DNA of 64,000 bases, from positions 1,744-65,743 of the forward strand of contig JAIDTI010000089.1 in the NCBI GenBank assembly GCA_029060755.1. The letters are read 5' to 3'. Source of the DNA: Ruminococcus sp. (lineage in GTDB: Bacteria > Bacillota > Clostridia > Oscillospirales > Ruminococcaceae). Numbering within the stretch: position 1 is the stretch's first letter; each line of letters opens with the position of its first letter. Position numbers and translations under genes: made by a program. The notes under the pieces are model-generated. The model ran no database searches, was not told the DNA's origin, and saw only the letters and a list, made by a program, of their open reading frames with translations. Of the stretch, positions 9,090 through 19,090 are shown piece by piece.

Positions 9090-9964
9090 TTTTTCTTCCT
9101 TCTTCCTAAAATAGAGGAAAGTACATTCTTTGAATTTTCTTCATCAGACGGACTTTCATAGAATATCTCTTTTTCAAGAGTGGATTTAAGCATTTCATGT
9201 GTGTAATCTCTTGTAAGAACACCTTTCATGGCAACAGAAATTTGTCCTGTTTCCTCTGATACAACAATGACAAGAGCATCTGAATTTTCACTCATGCCGA
9301 TAGCGGCACGGTGACGAGAGCCGAGACTTTTATCAATAAGCCGGTCATTCTGTGCTTTCGGCAGAAAACAAGCTGCGGCGAGTATCATTCCGTTTCGCAT
9401 TATTACAGCACCATCATGCAGAGGTGTTTTAGGATAAAATATATTGCCGAAAATCTGCTGACTTGGCAGAGCGTTCATTATAGTACCAGATTCAATCTGT
9501 TCACCGAGTTTTGTCTGTCGTTCAATTACAATCAGTGCACCCGTACAGCTTGCCGACAGTTCAACACACGAATCACATATTACATCAATAGCCTTGTTCC
9601 ATTGCTGTTTTACGTCATTTGACGGTGTGCCTATGCCTATTTTTATTCCAAGTGCTGTTTGTCCGAACTGCTCCAAAGCTCGACGGAGTTCGGGCTGAAA
9701 CAATACAATCATGGCAACAAGACCAATATCAAGAGCATGGCTGAGCATATATCTTATTACAGTCAGCTCAAACAGACTGCTTAGTATATATGCAATAACA
9801 AGCAGGAATATTCCTTTCAGAAGCTGACCCGCCCTTGTTTCACGTATAAGTTTAAGAAGAAGATAGATTATGTAGGCAAGTACAGCAAGGTCAATAATAT
9901 CTTTTGGTCCAATTGTACTCATAAGACTGAAGAAAGCATATTTTATTTCCTGAAATGCTGGCAT
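9086..9964 (-). CDS. cdaA: Membrane diadenylate cyclase (c-di-AMP synthase)
   Basis: 3 TM helices, LFQPELRRALE, TPLHDGAV (DGA) and LGSRHRAAIGMSE (RHR) motifs. Confidence 0.97.
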   Translation of the reverse strand: MPAFQEIKYAFFSLMSTIGPKDIIDLAVLAYIIYLLLKLIRETRAGQLLKGIFLLVIAYILSSLFELTVIRYMLSHALDIGLVAMIVLFQPELRRALEQFGQTALGIKIGIGTPSNDVKQQWNKAIDVICDSCVELSASCTGALIVIERQTKLGEQIESGTIMNALPSQQIFGNIFYPKTPLHDGAVIMRNGMILAAACFLPKAQNDRLIDKSLGSRHRAAIGMSENSDALVIVVSEETGQISVAMKGVLTRDYTHEMLKSTLEKEIFYESPSDEENSKNVLSSILGRRKKK

Positions 9965-9995
9965 TTTCTCACGTCCTTTTTTGAAAATCGGAAAT

Positions 9996-10023
9996 CAGGA
10001 GGCGGAAAGCTTACCGCCTCTTG
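9996..10023 (-). other. GC-rich hairpin in the cdaA 5' leader
   Basis: RNA CAAGAGGCGG-UAAGCUUU-CCGCCUCCUG, 9 of 10 bp paired, between the promoter and the RBS. Confidence 0.7.
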
Positions 10024-10039
10024 AATCACCCTACTATAT

Positions 10040-10067
10040 ATTGTACCACAAATTAAAAGAATTTCAA
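10040..10067 (-). promoter_or_regulatory. Sigma-A promoter of cdaA-cdaR
   Basis: TTGAAA-N16-TACAAT with TG extended -10. Confidence 0.6.
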
Positions 10068-10095
10068 TAGTTTTTTTCTTATTTTTGCAAAATTA

Positions 10096-11229
10096 TCACA
10101 ATTTATTTTTATCTATGCGGTTAATTTCATTTGCAAGACGTATTGCATCAGCTTCACAACTGAAAATGGACGGCGAAAAACGTACAGTTCCGCTACTTGT
10201 GCCAAGCTGTGAATGTGCAAGAGCCGAACAGTGAAATCCTGCACGGAGACAGTAGCCTTTTTTTGCAAGAATCTGTGCGACGGTTTCTGACTTTATGCCG
10301 TCTACATTGAAAGATACAATCGGAACATATTCAGCAGAAGGGCTTCTGTAAATTGTCACATCTTTATTTTTTTTCAGTTCAGATATAAACTTCTGGCATA
10401 TTTTTTCCTCATGCCGGAAAATTCTGTTAATTCCCATACTTCTTACAAATTCTATGCCTGCCTTGACAGAAATTATGCCAATAACTCCGACCGTTCCGCT
10501 TTCGAGACTTTCAGGCAGTAAATCAGGCTGTGTGAGACTTTGAGAGAGATTTCCTGTTCCGCCCTGAATTATAGGATTTATCTTGTATTTTTCGTCAGAA
10601 ATAAGCAGTCCTGTTCCTGTTATGCCATATAGTCCTTTGTGACCTGCCGTGCATAGAATGTTTATGCCGTCACTCATTTTTATATCAAGAGTTCCGCAAG
10701 CCTGTGCGCCGTCTGCAATAAAGCAGATGTTATTTTTTCTGCATAGTTCAGCGATTTCATGATATGGCAGAATCTGTCCTGTAACATTGCTTGCAATCGT
10801 GCATACAATTGCTTTTGTATCGCTTCTTATAAGATTTCTGAAACTTTCAATAGTTCTTGCATCTTCGGGATATACCTGCGCAATGGAAAGTGAGATTTTT
10901 TTGTCACTTGCAAGCTTTGTGGCAGGTCGTGCAGATGAATTATGCTCCATTCCGCTTATTATCATATGACCGCCGTTTTTCATTATACCTTGTATTGCAA
11001 AATTAAGAGCATGAGTGCAGTTTAATGTGAAAACGACGTTTTCGGGTTTGGCATCGAAAAAATCGGCTACAGTTTCACGTGCAGAGAAAACAGCTTTTGA
11101 TGTTTCAGAGGCTATATAATGACCTCCTCTGCCAGAACTTCCGTATTTTTCCATAGCTGATATAACAGCCTTTTTAACAGATAAAGGCTTTGGAAAAGTA
11201 GTAGCGGAATTGTCAAAATTTATAATCAT
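10096..11229 (-). CDS. Class V PLP aminotransferase, cysteine desulfurase/selenocysteine lyase family
   Basis: FDNSATTFPK, MEHNS, DGAQACG, CTAGHKGLYG (PLP Lys) and LRAGFHC motifs. Confidence 0.92.
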   Translation of the reverse strand: MIINFDNSATTFPKPLSVKKAVISAMEKYGSSGRGGHYIASETSKAVFSARETVADFFDAKPENVVFTLNCTHALNFAIQGIMKNGGHMIISGMEHNSSARPATKLASDKKISLSIAQVYPEDARTIESFRNLIRSDTKAIVCTIASNVTGQILPYHEIAELCRKNNICFIADGAQACGTLDIKMSDGINILCTAGHKGLYGITGTGLLISDEKYKINPIIQGGTGNLSQSLTQPDLLPESLESGTVGVIGIISVKAGIEFVRSMGINRIFRHEEKICQKFISELKKNKDVTIYRSPSAEYVPIVSFNVDGIKSETVAQILAKKGYCLRAGFHCSALAHSQLGTSSGTVRFSPSIFSCEADAIRLANEINRIDKNKL

Positions 11230-11432
11230 CAGCTTTCCTCCATTTCCTTTAATTTGAACGGAATACCGTTTTTTCTCAATATTTCAAATGAAGTTTTATT
11301 GTAGAGACAAATGTTATATCCACAGCCCTCCTCACGTCTTTTTATTTCACAGCGAATCCCTCTTGCTTTGAGAAGTTTTTCGGCTTTCATAGCATAAGTG
11401 TATGAGGGCATTTCAGCAGTATATTCAGTCAT
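11229..11432 (-). CDS. DUF3343-like small protein (putative S/Se carrier)
   Basis: SYTYAMKAEKLL...GCGY pattern; ATG at 11432 has a GGAGG RBS; coupled to the desulfurase gene. Confidence 0.7.
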   Translation of the reverse strand: MTEYTAEMPSYTYAMKAEKLLKARGIRCEIKRREEGCGYNICLYNKTSFEILRKNGIPFKLKEMEES

Positions 11433-11552
11433 AGTTATATCCCTCCTTTTTATCGGGGATTTTGTGTTTATGCTTTTCGGCATATATTATAATATGCAGA
11501 TTGTCTGCCACTTGCTATTATTTTTTATATCAAAAAGCATTTTCAATTTCTC

Positions 11553-11581
11553 TTGACTTTATGAGCAGAATATTATATAAT
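11553..11581 (+). promoter_or_regulatory. Sigma-A promoter of tepA-ftsK
   Basis: TTGACT-N17-TATAAT. Confidence 0.75.
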
Positions 11582-11639
11582 TATAAATGTATATTCACTT
11601 CTGAAAAGGGAATAATAAACTGAAAATAAATTCAGGAGT

Positions 11640-12332
11640 GTGTATATTGTGGATAATAAAGAAAATAATCAGGAAGAAATAAATGTTGCAGAGAGTGAAG
11701 CACAGGTTGATGTGCATAATACAAAGCATCTGATACACTGCCTTACTATTATCGGGCAGATTGAGGGGCATTATGTGCTTAATGAGCAGAACAAGACTAC
11801 AAAATATGAGCATATTATCCCCGCACTTGTTGCAATTGAACAGGACAGAAGTGTTGAGGGACTTATAATTATCCTCAATACAGTCGGTGGAGATGTTGAA
11901 GCAGGACTTGCAATAGCTGAACTTATATCAGGCATGAAAACACCGACAGTATCGCTTGTTGTCGGCGGTGGTCATTCTATCGGCGTACCGCTTGCGGTCA
12001 GTGCGAAAATGTCGTTTATAGTGCCGTCTGCATCAATGACAATTCACCCCGTCCGCATGAATGGAACAGTATTAGGAGTACCGCAGACACTTTCATATTT
12101 TGATAAAATGCAGGACAGAATTATAAGTTTTGTTACAGCAAACAGCAACGTAAAAGAAGATGAGTTCCGCACTCTTATGATGAATACAAATGAGCTTGTG
12201 CTTGATGTCGGTTCTGTTGTTGATGGTGAAAAAGCGGTCAATATCGGACTTATTGACAGGCTCGGAAGTCTCGGAGATGCTATGGACTGCCTTTATGAGA
12301 TGATTGAAAATACAGAAAAAAGATACAGATAG
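11640..12332 (+). CDS. tepA: ClpP-like translocation-enhancing protein TepA
   Basis: [32 protein letters not shown] and IHPVRMNG motifs; lies just upstream of ftsK/spoIIIE as in Bacillus. The true start may be the GTG at 11649. Confidence 0.85.
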   Translation: MYIVDNKENNQEEINVAESEAQVDVHNTKHLIHCLTIIGQIEGHYVLNEQNKTTKYEHIIPALVAIEQDRSVEGLIIILNTVGGDVEAGLAIAELISGMKTPTVSLVVGGGHSIGVPLAVSAKMSFIVPSASMTIHPVRMNGTVLGVPQTLSYFDKMQDRIISFVTANSNVKEDEFRTLMMNTNELVLDVGSVVDGEKAVNIGLIDRLGSLGDAMDCLYEMIENTEKRYR

Positions 12333-12344
12333 GAAGGTGATAAA

Positions 12345-14894
12345 ATGGCAAGAAAAAAGAAAGATGAAGATATAGCAGAAGAATTTGACGAAGATAAGGG
12401 CTATACTCGCAAGAGTAAGCCCGACTATGATTCAGATGATGATGAACTTGTTGAAGTTGACTACATAGAAGAAATGAAGCGTGTGGTATCAGTGACAATG
12501 TTTGCTGTCGGAATACTGATAACACTTATAATATTGATAAAAGGTTCGGCAGGCTGGAGCTATATGCACAATGTTTTGTGGGGAGTATTCGGCTGGTCGG
12601 TGTTCAGTGTACCTGTTATACTTATGTATATATCTGTCCTTATGGGACTGGATAAGAAAAAAGATGAAATAATCGGCAAAACTTTATGGGGAAGTGTCTG
12701 GGCTGTTCTTATAAGTTCAGCCATTCAGATTTTTGCTGTCGGAACTATTCCGGGAAGTGATTTTTTAAGCTATATTATCAGTCTTTATACAGACGGTGCA
12801 AAATTCAGGGGGGGTGGTGTAGTATCTCTGCCGATTGCAGGACTGCTTTTTGTGATTTTCGGGAAAATGGGTGCAAGAATAGTTATTATACTTATCGGGC
12901 TTGTGCTTGCACTGCTTTTTTCGGGTAAAGGAATTGTTGATGTATTTGATGCTGTTATTTCTCCGTTTGAGCCGTTGAAAAAACTTTTTTACAATGAAGA
13001 TTATGAAGATGAGGAAGAAGATGACGAGGACGACGACACCGAAGAATCTGAATCAGACGATACAGAAGAAACAGTTGAAGAAGTTGCAGAGCCAATACAG
13101 AATTTTTATACTCCACTGCCTGAAATTCATATGGCAGAGGAAAAACGTGTGCTTACAGAGGAAGAAGAATTTAGTCTGCTGTTTGATATTCCTTTGCCTG
13201 ACGAAAATCGTCCCGAAACTGAAAAAACGTTTTTTGCTGATTATACTGCACCAAAAAATGAAAGTATAGTTACACAGCAGGAGCGGAATGTAAGTCATGA
13301 TGCTTTTGATGACCTTGAAATGCTGATAAACAATGCCACAAAGAAGAAAGAAAAGCCAAAGATTTTCGTTGAGAAACAAAGTGAGCCTGTTAAAGAGTAT
13401 GTTCAGCAGACTTTATATGTACTCCCATCAATAGAACTTCTTACACCGTCTGACAATAAATTCAACAGTGAGGAAGCAAAAGCGGAAATGCTTGAAAAGG
13501 CTGATACTATAGTAAAAACATTTGACAGCTTTTCTGTCAAGGTAGAAATTGTTGATATTTTCAGAGGTCCTTCAATTACACGATATGAAGTTAAACCGGG
13601 TTCGGGAATAAAAGTATCAAAAATCAGGGGACTTGGAGACGATATAGCTTTAAGTCTTGCGGCGCAGGGCGTACGAATTGAAGCACCTGTTCCAGGAAAA
13701 GCAGCTGTCGGAATTGAAGTTCCGAATATAAATAAAGATACTGTCATGTTAAGGGAAATACTTGAATCGGAGGAGTTCAGAACTGCAAAGAGCAAGCTTG
13801 CATTTGCTGTAGGAAAAGATATTGCAGGAAATGCAATTGTCGGGGATATTACAAAAATGCCACACATTATAATTGCAGGTACAACCGGTTCAGGTAAATC
13901 AGTCTGCACACGTTCAATAATCATGAGTATTCTTTATAATGCAAAGCCTGATGAAGTAAAGATAATTCTTATTGATCCGAAAGTTGTTGAATTTAAGGTA
14001 TTTGAGGGCATACCACATCTGCTTATCCCGATAGTTACGGAAGCAAAAAAGGCGGCAGGTGCATTGAACTGGGCAGTTAATGAGATGATGCGGAGATATA
14101 ACAAGTTTGCTGAAATTGGTGCAAACGATTTGAAATCATATAATGAGCTTATAGAATATGATGAAAATCTGGACTTTATGCCGCAGATTGTTATATTTAT
14201 TGACGAACTTGCAGATATGATGCTTGTTGCAGGCAAGGAAGTTGAGGATTCAATATGCCGTCTTGCACAAATGGGACGTGCGGCAGGTATGCACCTTGTT
14301 GTTGCAACTCAGAGACCGACTACAGACGTAATTACGGGACTTATCAAGGCGAATATTCCGAGCCGTATCGCACTTTCTGTAATGTCGCAGGTCGATTCAC
14401 GTACTATTATTGATATGGCTGGAGCTGATAAACTTCTTGGCAACGGCGATATGCTGTATATGCCAATCGGAATGAGTAAGCCCGTAAGAATACAGGGTTG
14501 TTTTGCATCATCAAAGGATATTGCCAATACTCTTGACTTTATAAGAGGTCAGGCAGAGAGCAATTACAATCCGCAGATTATTGAAGCTGTTGAAAGTTTT
14601 GTACCGCAGACAAAAGGCAGTAAGGGCGGAGATGTATCGGCAAGCGGATTTGAGTCGGGAAGTGACGAAGATTTTATTATCAGAGGTGCAGAAGTTGCGG
14701 TCAATGCAGGACAACTTTCAACTACAATGCTACAGAAAAAGCTGAAATTAGGTTATGCAAGAGCATCAAGAATAGTAGATGAACTGGAAGAACGTGGAAT
14801 AGTAGGACCAAGCGAGGGTGCGAAACCCAGAAAAGTACTCATGTCAAAAATGCAGTTTGATGAGTGGAAAATGAGACAACTGGAGGGTAAATAA
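12345..14894 (+). CDS. ftsK: DNA translocase FtsK/SpoIIIE
   Basis: 4-TM N-terminus, acidic linker, RIEAPVPGK, Walker A GTTGSGKS, IDELAD, ATQRP and gamma domain (LQKKLKLGYARASR). Confidence 0.96.
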   Translation: MARKKKDEDIAEEFDEDKGYTRKSKPDYDSDDDELVEVDYIEEMKRVVSVTMFAVGILITLIILIKGSAGWSYMHNVLWGVFGWSVFSVPVILMYISVLMGLDKKKDEIIGKTLWGSVWAVLISSAIQIFAVGTIPGSDFLSYIISLYTDGAKFRGGGVVSLPIAGLLFVIFGKMGARIVIILIGLVLALLFSGKGIVDVFDAVISPFEPLKKLFYNEDYEDEEEDDEDDDTEESESDDTEETVEEVAEPIQNFYTPLPEIHMAEEKRVLTEEEEFSLLFDIPLPDENRPETEKTFFADYTAPKNESIVTQQERNVSHDAFDDLEMLINNATKKKEKPKIFVEKQSEPVKEYVQQTLYVLPSIELLTPSDNKFNSEEAKAEMLEKADTIVKTFDSFSVKVEIVDIFRGPSITRYEVKPGSGIKVSKIRGLGDDIALSLAAQGVRIEAPVPGKAAVGIEVPNINKDTVMLREILESEEFRTAKSKLAFAVGKDIAGNAIVGDITKMPHIIIAGTTGSGKSVCTRSIIMSILYNAKPDEVKIILIDPKVVEFKVFEGIPHLLIPIVTEAKKAAGALNWAVNEMMRRYNKFAEIGANDLKSYNELIEYDENLDFMPQIVIFIDELADMMLVAGKEVEDSICRLAQMGRAAGMHLVVATQRPTTDVITGLIKANIPSRIALSVMSQVDSRTIIDMAGADKLLGNGDMLYMPIGMSKPVRIQGCFASSKDIANTLDFIRGQAESNYNPQIIEAVESFVPQTKGSKGGDVSASGFESGSDEDFIIRGAEVAVNAGQLSTTMLQKKLKLGYARASRIVDELEERGIVGPSEGAKPRKVLMSKMQFDEWKMRQLEGK

Positions 14895-14899
14895 TTAAT

Positions 14900-15622
14900 A
14901 TGCCTGAAAAACACTATATAAATGCCGTTATTCTTTCCGTCAAAGAAACGTACGGCAAAGATATACCATCGGGAGCAAGTAAAATGGGCGGATTTCCCGA
15001 TTTACCGCCTGAAATTGAATATCCTGTTATGACTGAATTTACTGAAAAATGGTGTAACAAGAAAACAGACCATTATGAAAAATCGGCAATGCAGTTGGTT
15101 GCACAGATAAATCTGTATGAACTTGCTGAATCGGGTGCGGACGTTGAAAATCTTTTACCCAAAACAGGTATGCTTTACATATTCTGGAGTGGTGAAATTA
15201 TGGAACTTGAAAGCGATGAATACTGGAAAATAGAAGTTGTTGAACCCGATAAGACTGCAACTTATAAAGTAATCTGGTGGGACGGCGATATATCATCATT
15301 GAGACGTACAGAACCGCCATGCCCTTATCACAGCAAATATTTTTTTGATGAACCTGATGAATGTTTTACTGAATTTGCCGTTAAATTTGATTCACATAGA
15401 GAGTATAAAAACTATAAAAAGAACAGTGGTTCTAACAAATTTTTTGGTTGTCCGCAAGGTGAAATCTGTCCGCAGATTGACGAAACAGAAGTAAATCTGT
15501 TTCAGTTTGATTGCTATGATAATTTTGAGGGTTGTATATGGAAAGCCTACTGGATTATAAAAAAATCCGACCTGAAAAATCTTGATTTTTCAAGAGTTTT
15601 AATTGATTTTGATATGGATTAG
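14900..15622 (+). CDS. DUF1963/YwqG-family protein, copy 1
   Basis: SKMGGFPDLP, LVAQINL and LLPKTGMLYIFW motifs typical of DUF1963. Confidence 0.75.
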   Translation: MPEKHYINAVILSVKETYGKDIPSGASKMGGFPDLPPEIEYPVMTEFTEKWCNKKTDHYEKSAMQLVAQINLYELAESGADVENLLPKTGMLYIFWSGEIMELESDEYWKIEVVEPDKTATYKVIWWDGDISSLRRTEPPCPYHSKYFFDEPDECFTEFAVKFDSHREYKNYKKNSGSNKFFGCPQGEICPQIDETEVNLFQFDCYDNFEGCIWKAYWIIKKSDLKNLDFSRVLIDFDMD

Positions 15623-15645
15623 CAAATTAAAGGAGGATAAATAAT

Positions 15646-16329
15646 ATGTCTAAAGAATTAACTTTATTTGAACAACTTGAAAGAGATGGTTATACCGAAG
15701 AAGCAGAGACTTTAAAAAAATACTATAAAAATGCGGTTATACTGAAATACTGCTTGGCAGAGGGCGAAATCCCGATAGGAGCGAGCAAGACAGGTTGTCC
15801 TGATTTGCCGCCTGAAATAGAATTACCTGATATGTCGTTGGTGATTCAGCTTAATATGTGTGAAATCGCCGAATCGGGTGCAGACATTGAAAATCTTCTG
15901 CCTAAAACGGGTATGCTTTATATTTTCTGGAATCCGGAACCGCTTGAAGATTTTGAAGACCCCGATTATGATATTATCTACTGGGACGGCGATATGTCAA
16001 CTTTGAGACGTTGTGGAAATTCTGATGAGAGAGAATGCACAATCGGATTTGAGGCACATGAGGAGTATGACGAATACGGCGTTGCTTATGAGGATTTGAG
16101 AGACCTTGTTTCTGATTATGGTTATGACCCTGGTAAACTTGCTTATACGAGAGATAAACTTTTTGGCTATGTCTCAGGAGGAAACGTTCCAGAAGTCAAG
16201 GAAGATGATATACTTCTTTTGCAGTATGGTTTTGATGAGGGTTGTATATGGAATGTTTACTGGATAACGGACAAAGAGAGTATCAAAAACCACAGTTTTG
16301 GTTCAGGGTTTTATTATGATATGGATTAG
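15646..16329 (+). CDS. DUF1963/YwqG-family protein, copy 2 (tandem paralog)
   Basis: SKTGCPDLPPEI, LLPKTGMLYIFW, WDGD and EGCIW..YWI motifs shared with copy 1; both end in D[F/Y]DMD-like tails. Confidence 0.75.
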   Translation: MSKELTLFEQLERDGYTEEAETLKKYYKNAVILKYCLAEGEIPIGASKTGCPDLPPEIELPDMSLVIQLNMCEIAESGADIENLLPKTGMLYIFWNPEPLEDFEDPDYDIIYWDGDMSTLRRCGNSDERECTIGFEAHEEYDEYGVAYEDLRDLVSDYGYDPGKLAYTRDKLFGYVSGGNVPEVKEDDILLLQYGFDEGCIWNVYWITDKESIKNHSFGSGFYYDMD

Positions 16330-16340
16330 GAGGTACAGAA

Positions 16341-18224
16341 TTGTACAATAAATTTATTCCTTTGACAAAAAAAGAAATGGACGAACAGGGGATAACACAG
16401 TTTGATTTCATTTACATAACAGGTGATGCCTATGTTGACCACCCAAGTTTTGGGGCGGCAATAGTTACACGTCTGATAGAGTCTATAGGCTATACAATAG
16501 GCATAATCTCACAGCCTGACTGGAGAACTGACAGGGATTTCAGAAAATTCGGTGTGCCTAAATATGCTTTTCTTGTGACATCAGGAAATATTGATTCAAT
16601 GGTTGCACATTATACAGCGGCAAAACGCAAGCGTTCAGATGATGCGTATACGGCAGGCGGAAAAGCAGGAAAACGACCTGACAGAGCCGTTATTGTGTAT
16701 TGTCAGAAACTCCGTGAGTATTTCGGCGATATTCCGATAGCAATAGGCGGACTTGAAGCATCTCTGAGACGTTTCGCACATTATGATTATTGGGACGATG
16801 CCGTCCGTCCATCGATACTTGTGGACAGCGGTGCTGATTTGCTGATGTACGGTATGGGAGAACATCAGATACAGGAACTCTGCACACGTCTTGTAAACGG
16901 TGAAAATATCAGGGATATTCACGATATACGTGGAACTTGCTATCTGACAGAGCCTATAAATACGCCTATAGGTTCGGCACAATGTCCGTCATTTGAGCAG
17001 GTGCGAGACAATAAAACAGAGTATGCAAAGGCTACAAAAATACAATACGATTGGCAAGATGAAGTGTATGGCAAGACAATTATACAGCGTCATGGAAAGA
17101 TGATGCTTGTGCAGACTCCACCAGCAAAAAGTCTTACAACAGAAGAACTTGACTACATATACAGTTTGCCATATACAAGACGTTATCACCCGATATATGA
17201 GGCAGAGGGCGGTGTTCCCGGAATTGAGGAGGTGCGTTTCTCAATAACGCATAACAGAGGTTGTTTCGGCTACTGCAATTTCTGTTCAATTGCACTGCAT
17301 CAGGGCAGACGTGTAACTGTCAGGAGTGAAGAATCTGTTTTATCAGAAGCAGAACGCATAACACAAATGCCCGATTTCAAGGGATATATACATGATGTCG
17401 GAGGACCTACAGCTAATTTCCGTCATACGTCATGTGAGAAACAGCTTGAAAAAGGCTTGTGTATGGGCAAAAAGTGCCTTGCTCCTACTCCGTGTCCTGC
17501 ACTTAAAGCAGACCATAGGGAATATCTTGAAATGCTCCGAAAAATCCGCAGGATAAAGGGCGTTAAACGTGTGTTCATACGTTCGGGAATACGTTATGAC
17601 TATCTTATGGCGGATAAAGATGATGAGTTTATGCGTGAGCTGATAAAGTACCATGTAAGCGGACAGCTTAAAGTTGCTCCCGAACACTGTTCAGCGGTTG
17701 TACTTGATAAAATGGGAAAGCCACATATAGAAGCATATAAGGCATTTCAGAAGCGTTTCTATGAAATCACAAAAAGTATAGACAAAGAGCAGTATCTTGT
17801 GCCTTATCTGATGTCATCGCACCCCGGAAGTACGTTAAATGAAGCGATAGACCTTGCCTTGTTTCTGCGTGATAATAAAATTCGCCCTGAACAAGTGCAG
17901 GACTTTTATCCCACACCTGGAACTATTTCAACTTGTATGTTCTATACGGAGCTTGACCCATACACAATGGAAAAGGTATACGTTCCGAAAACGTCAGAGG
18001 AAAAGGCTATGCAGAGGGCTTTATTACAGTATTTCAAACCGCAGAACAGGGATATTGTACTGTCGGCACTGAAAAAAGCTAAAAGATTTGATTTAATCGG
18101 CAGTTCTCCGAAATGTCTGGTTGAGGATAATGTTAAAAAGATTAATAAAGGAGGTGAAAAACAATGGCAGAAAAGAAAGCCACATCAAAAGCAAGTCCAG
18201 AAAAACCGCAGAAAAAAGGGTTGA
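16341..18224 (+). CDS. YgiQ (UPF0313) family radical SAM protein
   Basis: TGDAYVDHPSFG, RGCFGYCNFC (CxxxCxxC), GIRYD, LKVAPEH and QVQDFYPTP motifs; TTG start with AGGAGG. Confidence 0.93.
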   Translation: MYNKFIPLTKKEMDEQGITQFDFIYITGDAYVDHPSFGAAIVTRLIESIGYTIGIISQPDWRTDRDFRKFGVPKYAFLVTSGNIDSMVAHYTAAKRKRSDDAYTAGGKAGKRPDRAVIVYCQKLREYFGDIPIAIGGLEASLRRFAHYDYWDDAVRPSILVDSGADLLMYGMGEHQIQELCTRLVNGENIRDIHDIRGTCYLTEPINTPIGSAQCPSFEQVRDNKTEYAKATKIQYDWQDEVYGKTIIQRHGKMMLVQTPPAKSLTTEELDYIYSLPYTRRYHPIYEAEGGVPGIEEVRFSITHNRGCFGYCNFCSIALHQGRRVTVRSEESVLSEAERITQMPDFKGYIHDVGGPTANFRHTSCEKQLEKGLCMGKKCLAPTPCPALKADHREYLEMLRKIRRIKGVKRVFIRSGIRYDYLMADKDDEFMRELIKYHVSGQLKVAPEHCSAVVLDKMGKPHIEAYKAFQKRFYEITKSIDKEQYLVPYLMSSHPGSTLNEAIDLALFLRDNKIRPEQVQDFYPTPGTISTCMFYTELDPYTMEKVYVPKTSEEKAMQRALLQYFKPQNRDIVLSALKKAKRFDLIGSSPKCLVEDNVKKINKGGEKQWQKRKPHQKQVQKNRRKKG

Positions 18225-19090
18225 TATGGATTATTGGCTTTATTATTGCTGTAATAGCAGGTGTTTTATTTGGAATACCTGATAAAAGCGACGAAGTTTC
18301 AACAGGTGTAGCAGATTCAAATTTACAGGTGCATTACATAGATGTAGGACAGGGCGACTGTATTTTGCTTGAAAATGGTGATGATACACTTCTTATCGAC
18401 TGCGGAGAAATCGGCGAGGACGATACAGTAAAAGCGTATCTTGAAAAGCAAGGTATAAATCAGCTTGATTATGTTGTAGGCACGCACCCGCACTCCGACC
18501 ATATGGGCTGTATGGACAAAATCGTTGTATCTTATGATATAGGCGAAATTATACTTCCTCATATTGATGACAGCGATATACCTACAACAAAATATTTTGA
18601 GCGTTTCATGACATCTGTTGAAAGCAAGGGCTATTCAATTACAGAGGCTGAAACAGGCAGAAAATTCAGTGTAGGTGATGCAGAATGTGAGATAATCGCA
18701 CCATGCAGTGACGATTACAGCAATGCCAACAACTATTCTGTCGGCATTATAGTACATCACGGTGAAAACAGCTTTATTTTTACAGGTGATGCAGAAAAAC
18801 TTGCTGAAAAAGAACTGATTGAATCAGGCAGACTTGAAGATATTGATGTATACAAAGTGGGACATCATGGCAGTGATACATCAAGTTCAGAGGAATTTCT
18901 TGAAATCATAAAGCCTGATATTGCTGTTATTTCGTGTGGTACAGGCAATAAATACGGTCATCCGTGCGATATTACACTTGAAAAGCTTGTCAAATATACA
19001 GACAGGATTTACAGAACAGATATAAGCGGTACAGTTGTTATAACGTCCGACGGAAAAAGTCTTGCGGTAACGGAGGAAAAGAGCCAATGA
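18164..19090 (+). CDS. Membrane-anchored ComEC/Rec2-like metallo-beta-lactamase-fold hydrolase
   Basis: IDVGQGD, THPHSDH, FTGD and KVGHHGS motifs; single N-terminal TM. Confidence 0.9.
   Translation: MAEKKATSKASPEKPQKKGLIWIIGFIIAVIAGVLFGIPDKSDEVSTGVADSNLQVHYIDVGQGDCILLENGDDTLLIDCGEIGEDDTVKAYLEKQGINQLDYVVGTHPHSDHMGCMDKIVVSYDIGEIILPHIDDSDIPTTKYFERFMTSVESKGYSITEAETGRKFSVGDAECEIIAPCSDDYSNANNYSVGIIVHHGENSFIFTGDAEKLAEKELIESGRLEDIDVYKVGHHGSDTSSSEEFLEIIKPDIAVISCGTGNKYGHPCDITLEKLVKYTDRIYRTDISGTVVITSDGKSLAVTEEKSQ

Noticed and set aside
14900-16329. Paralog pair as a DGR template/variable repeat
   Set aside because: No reverse transcriptase is present, and the differences are mostly synonymous rather than adenine-specific.
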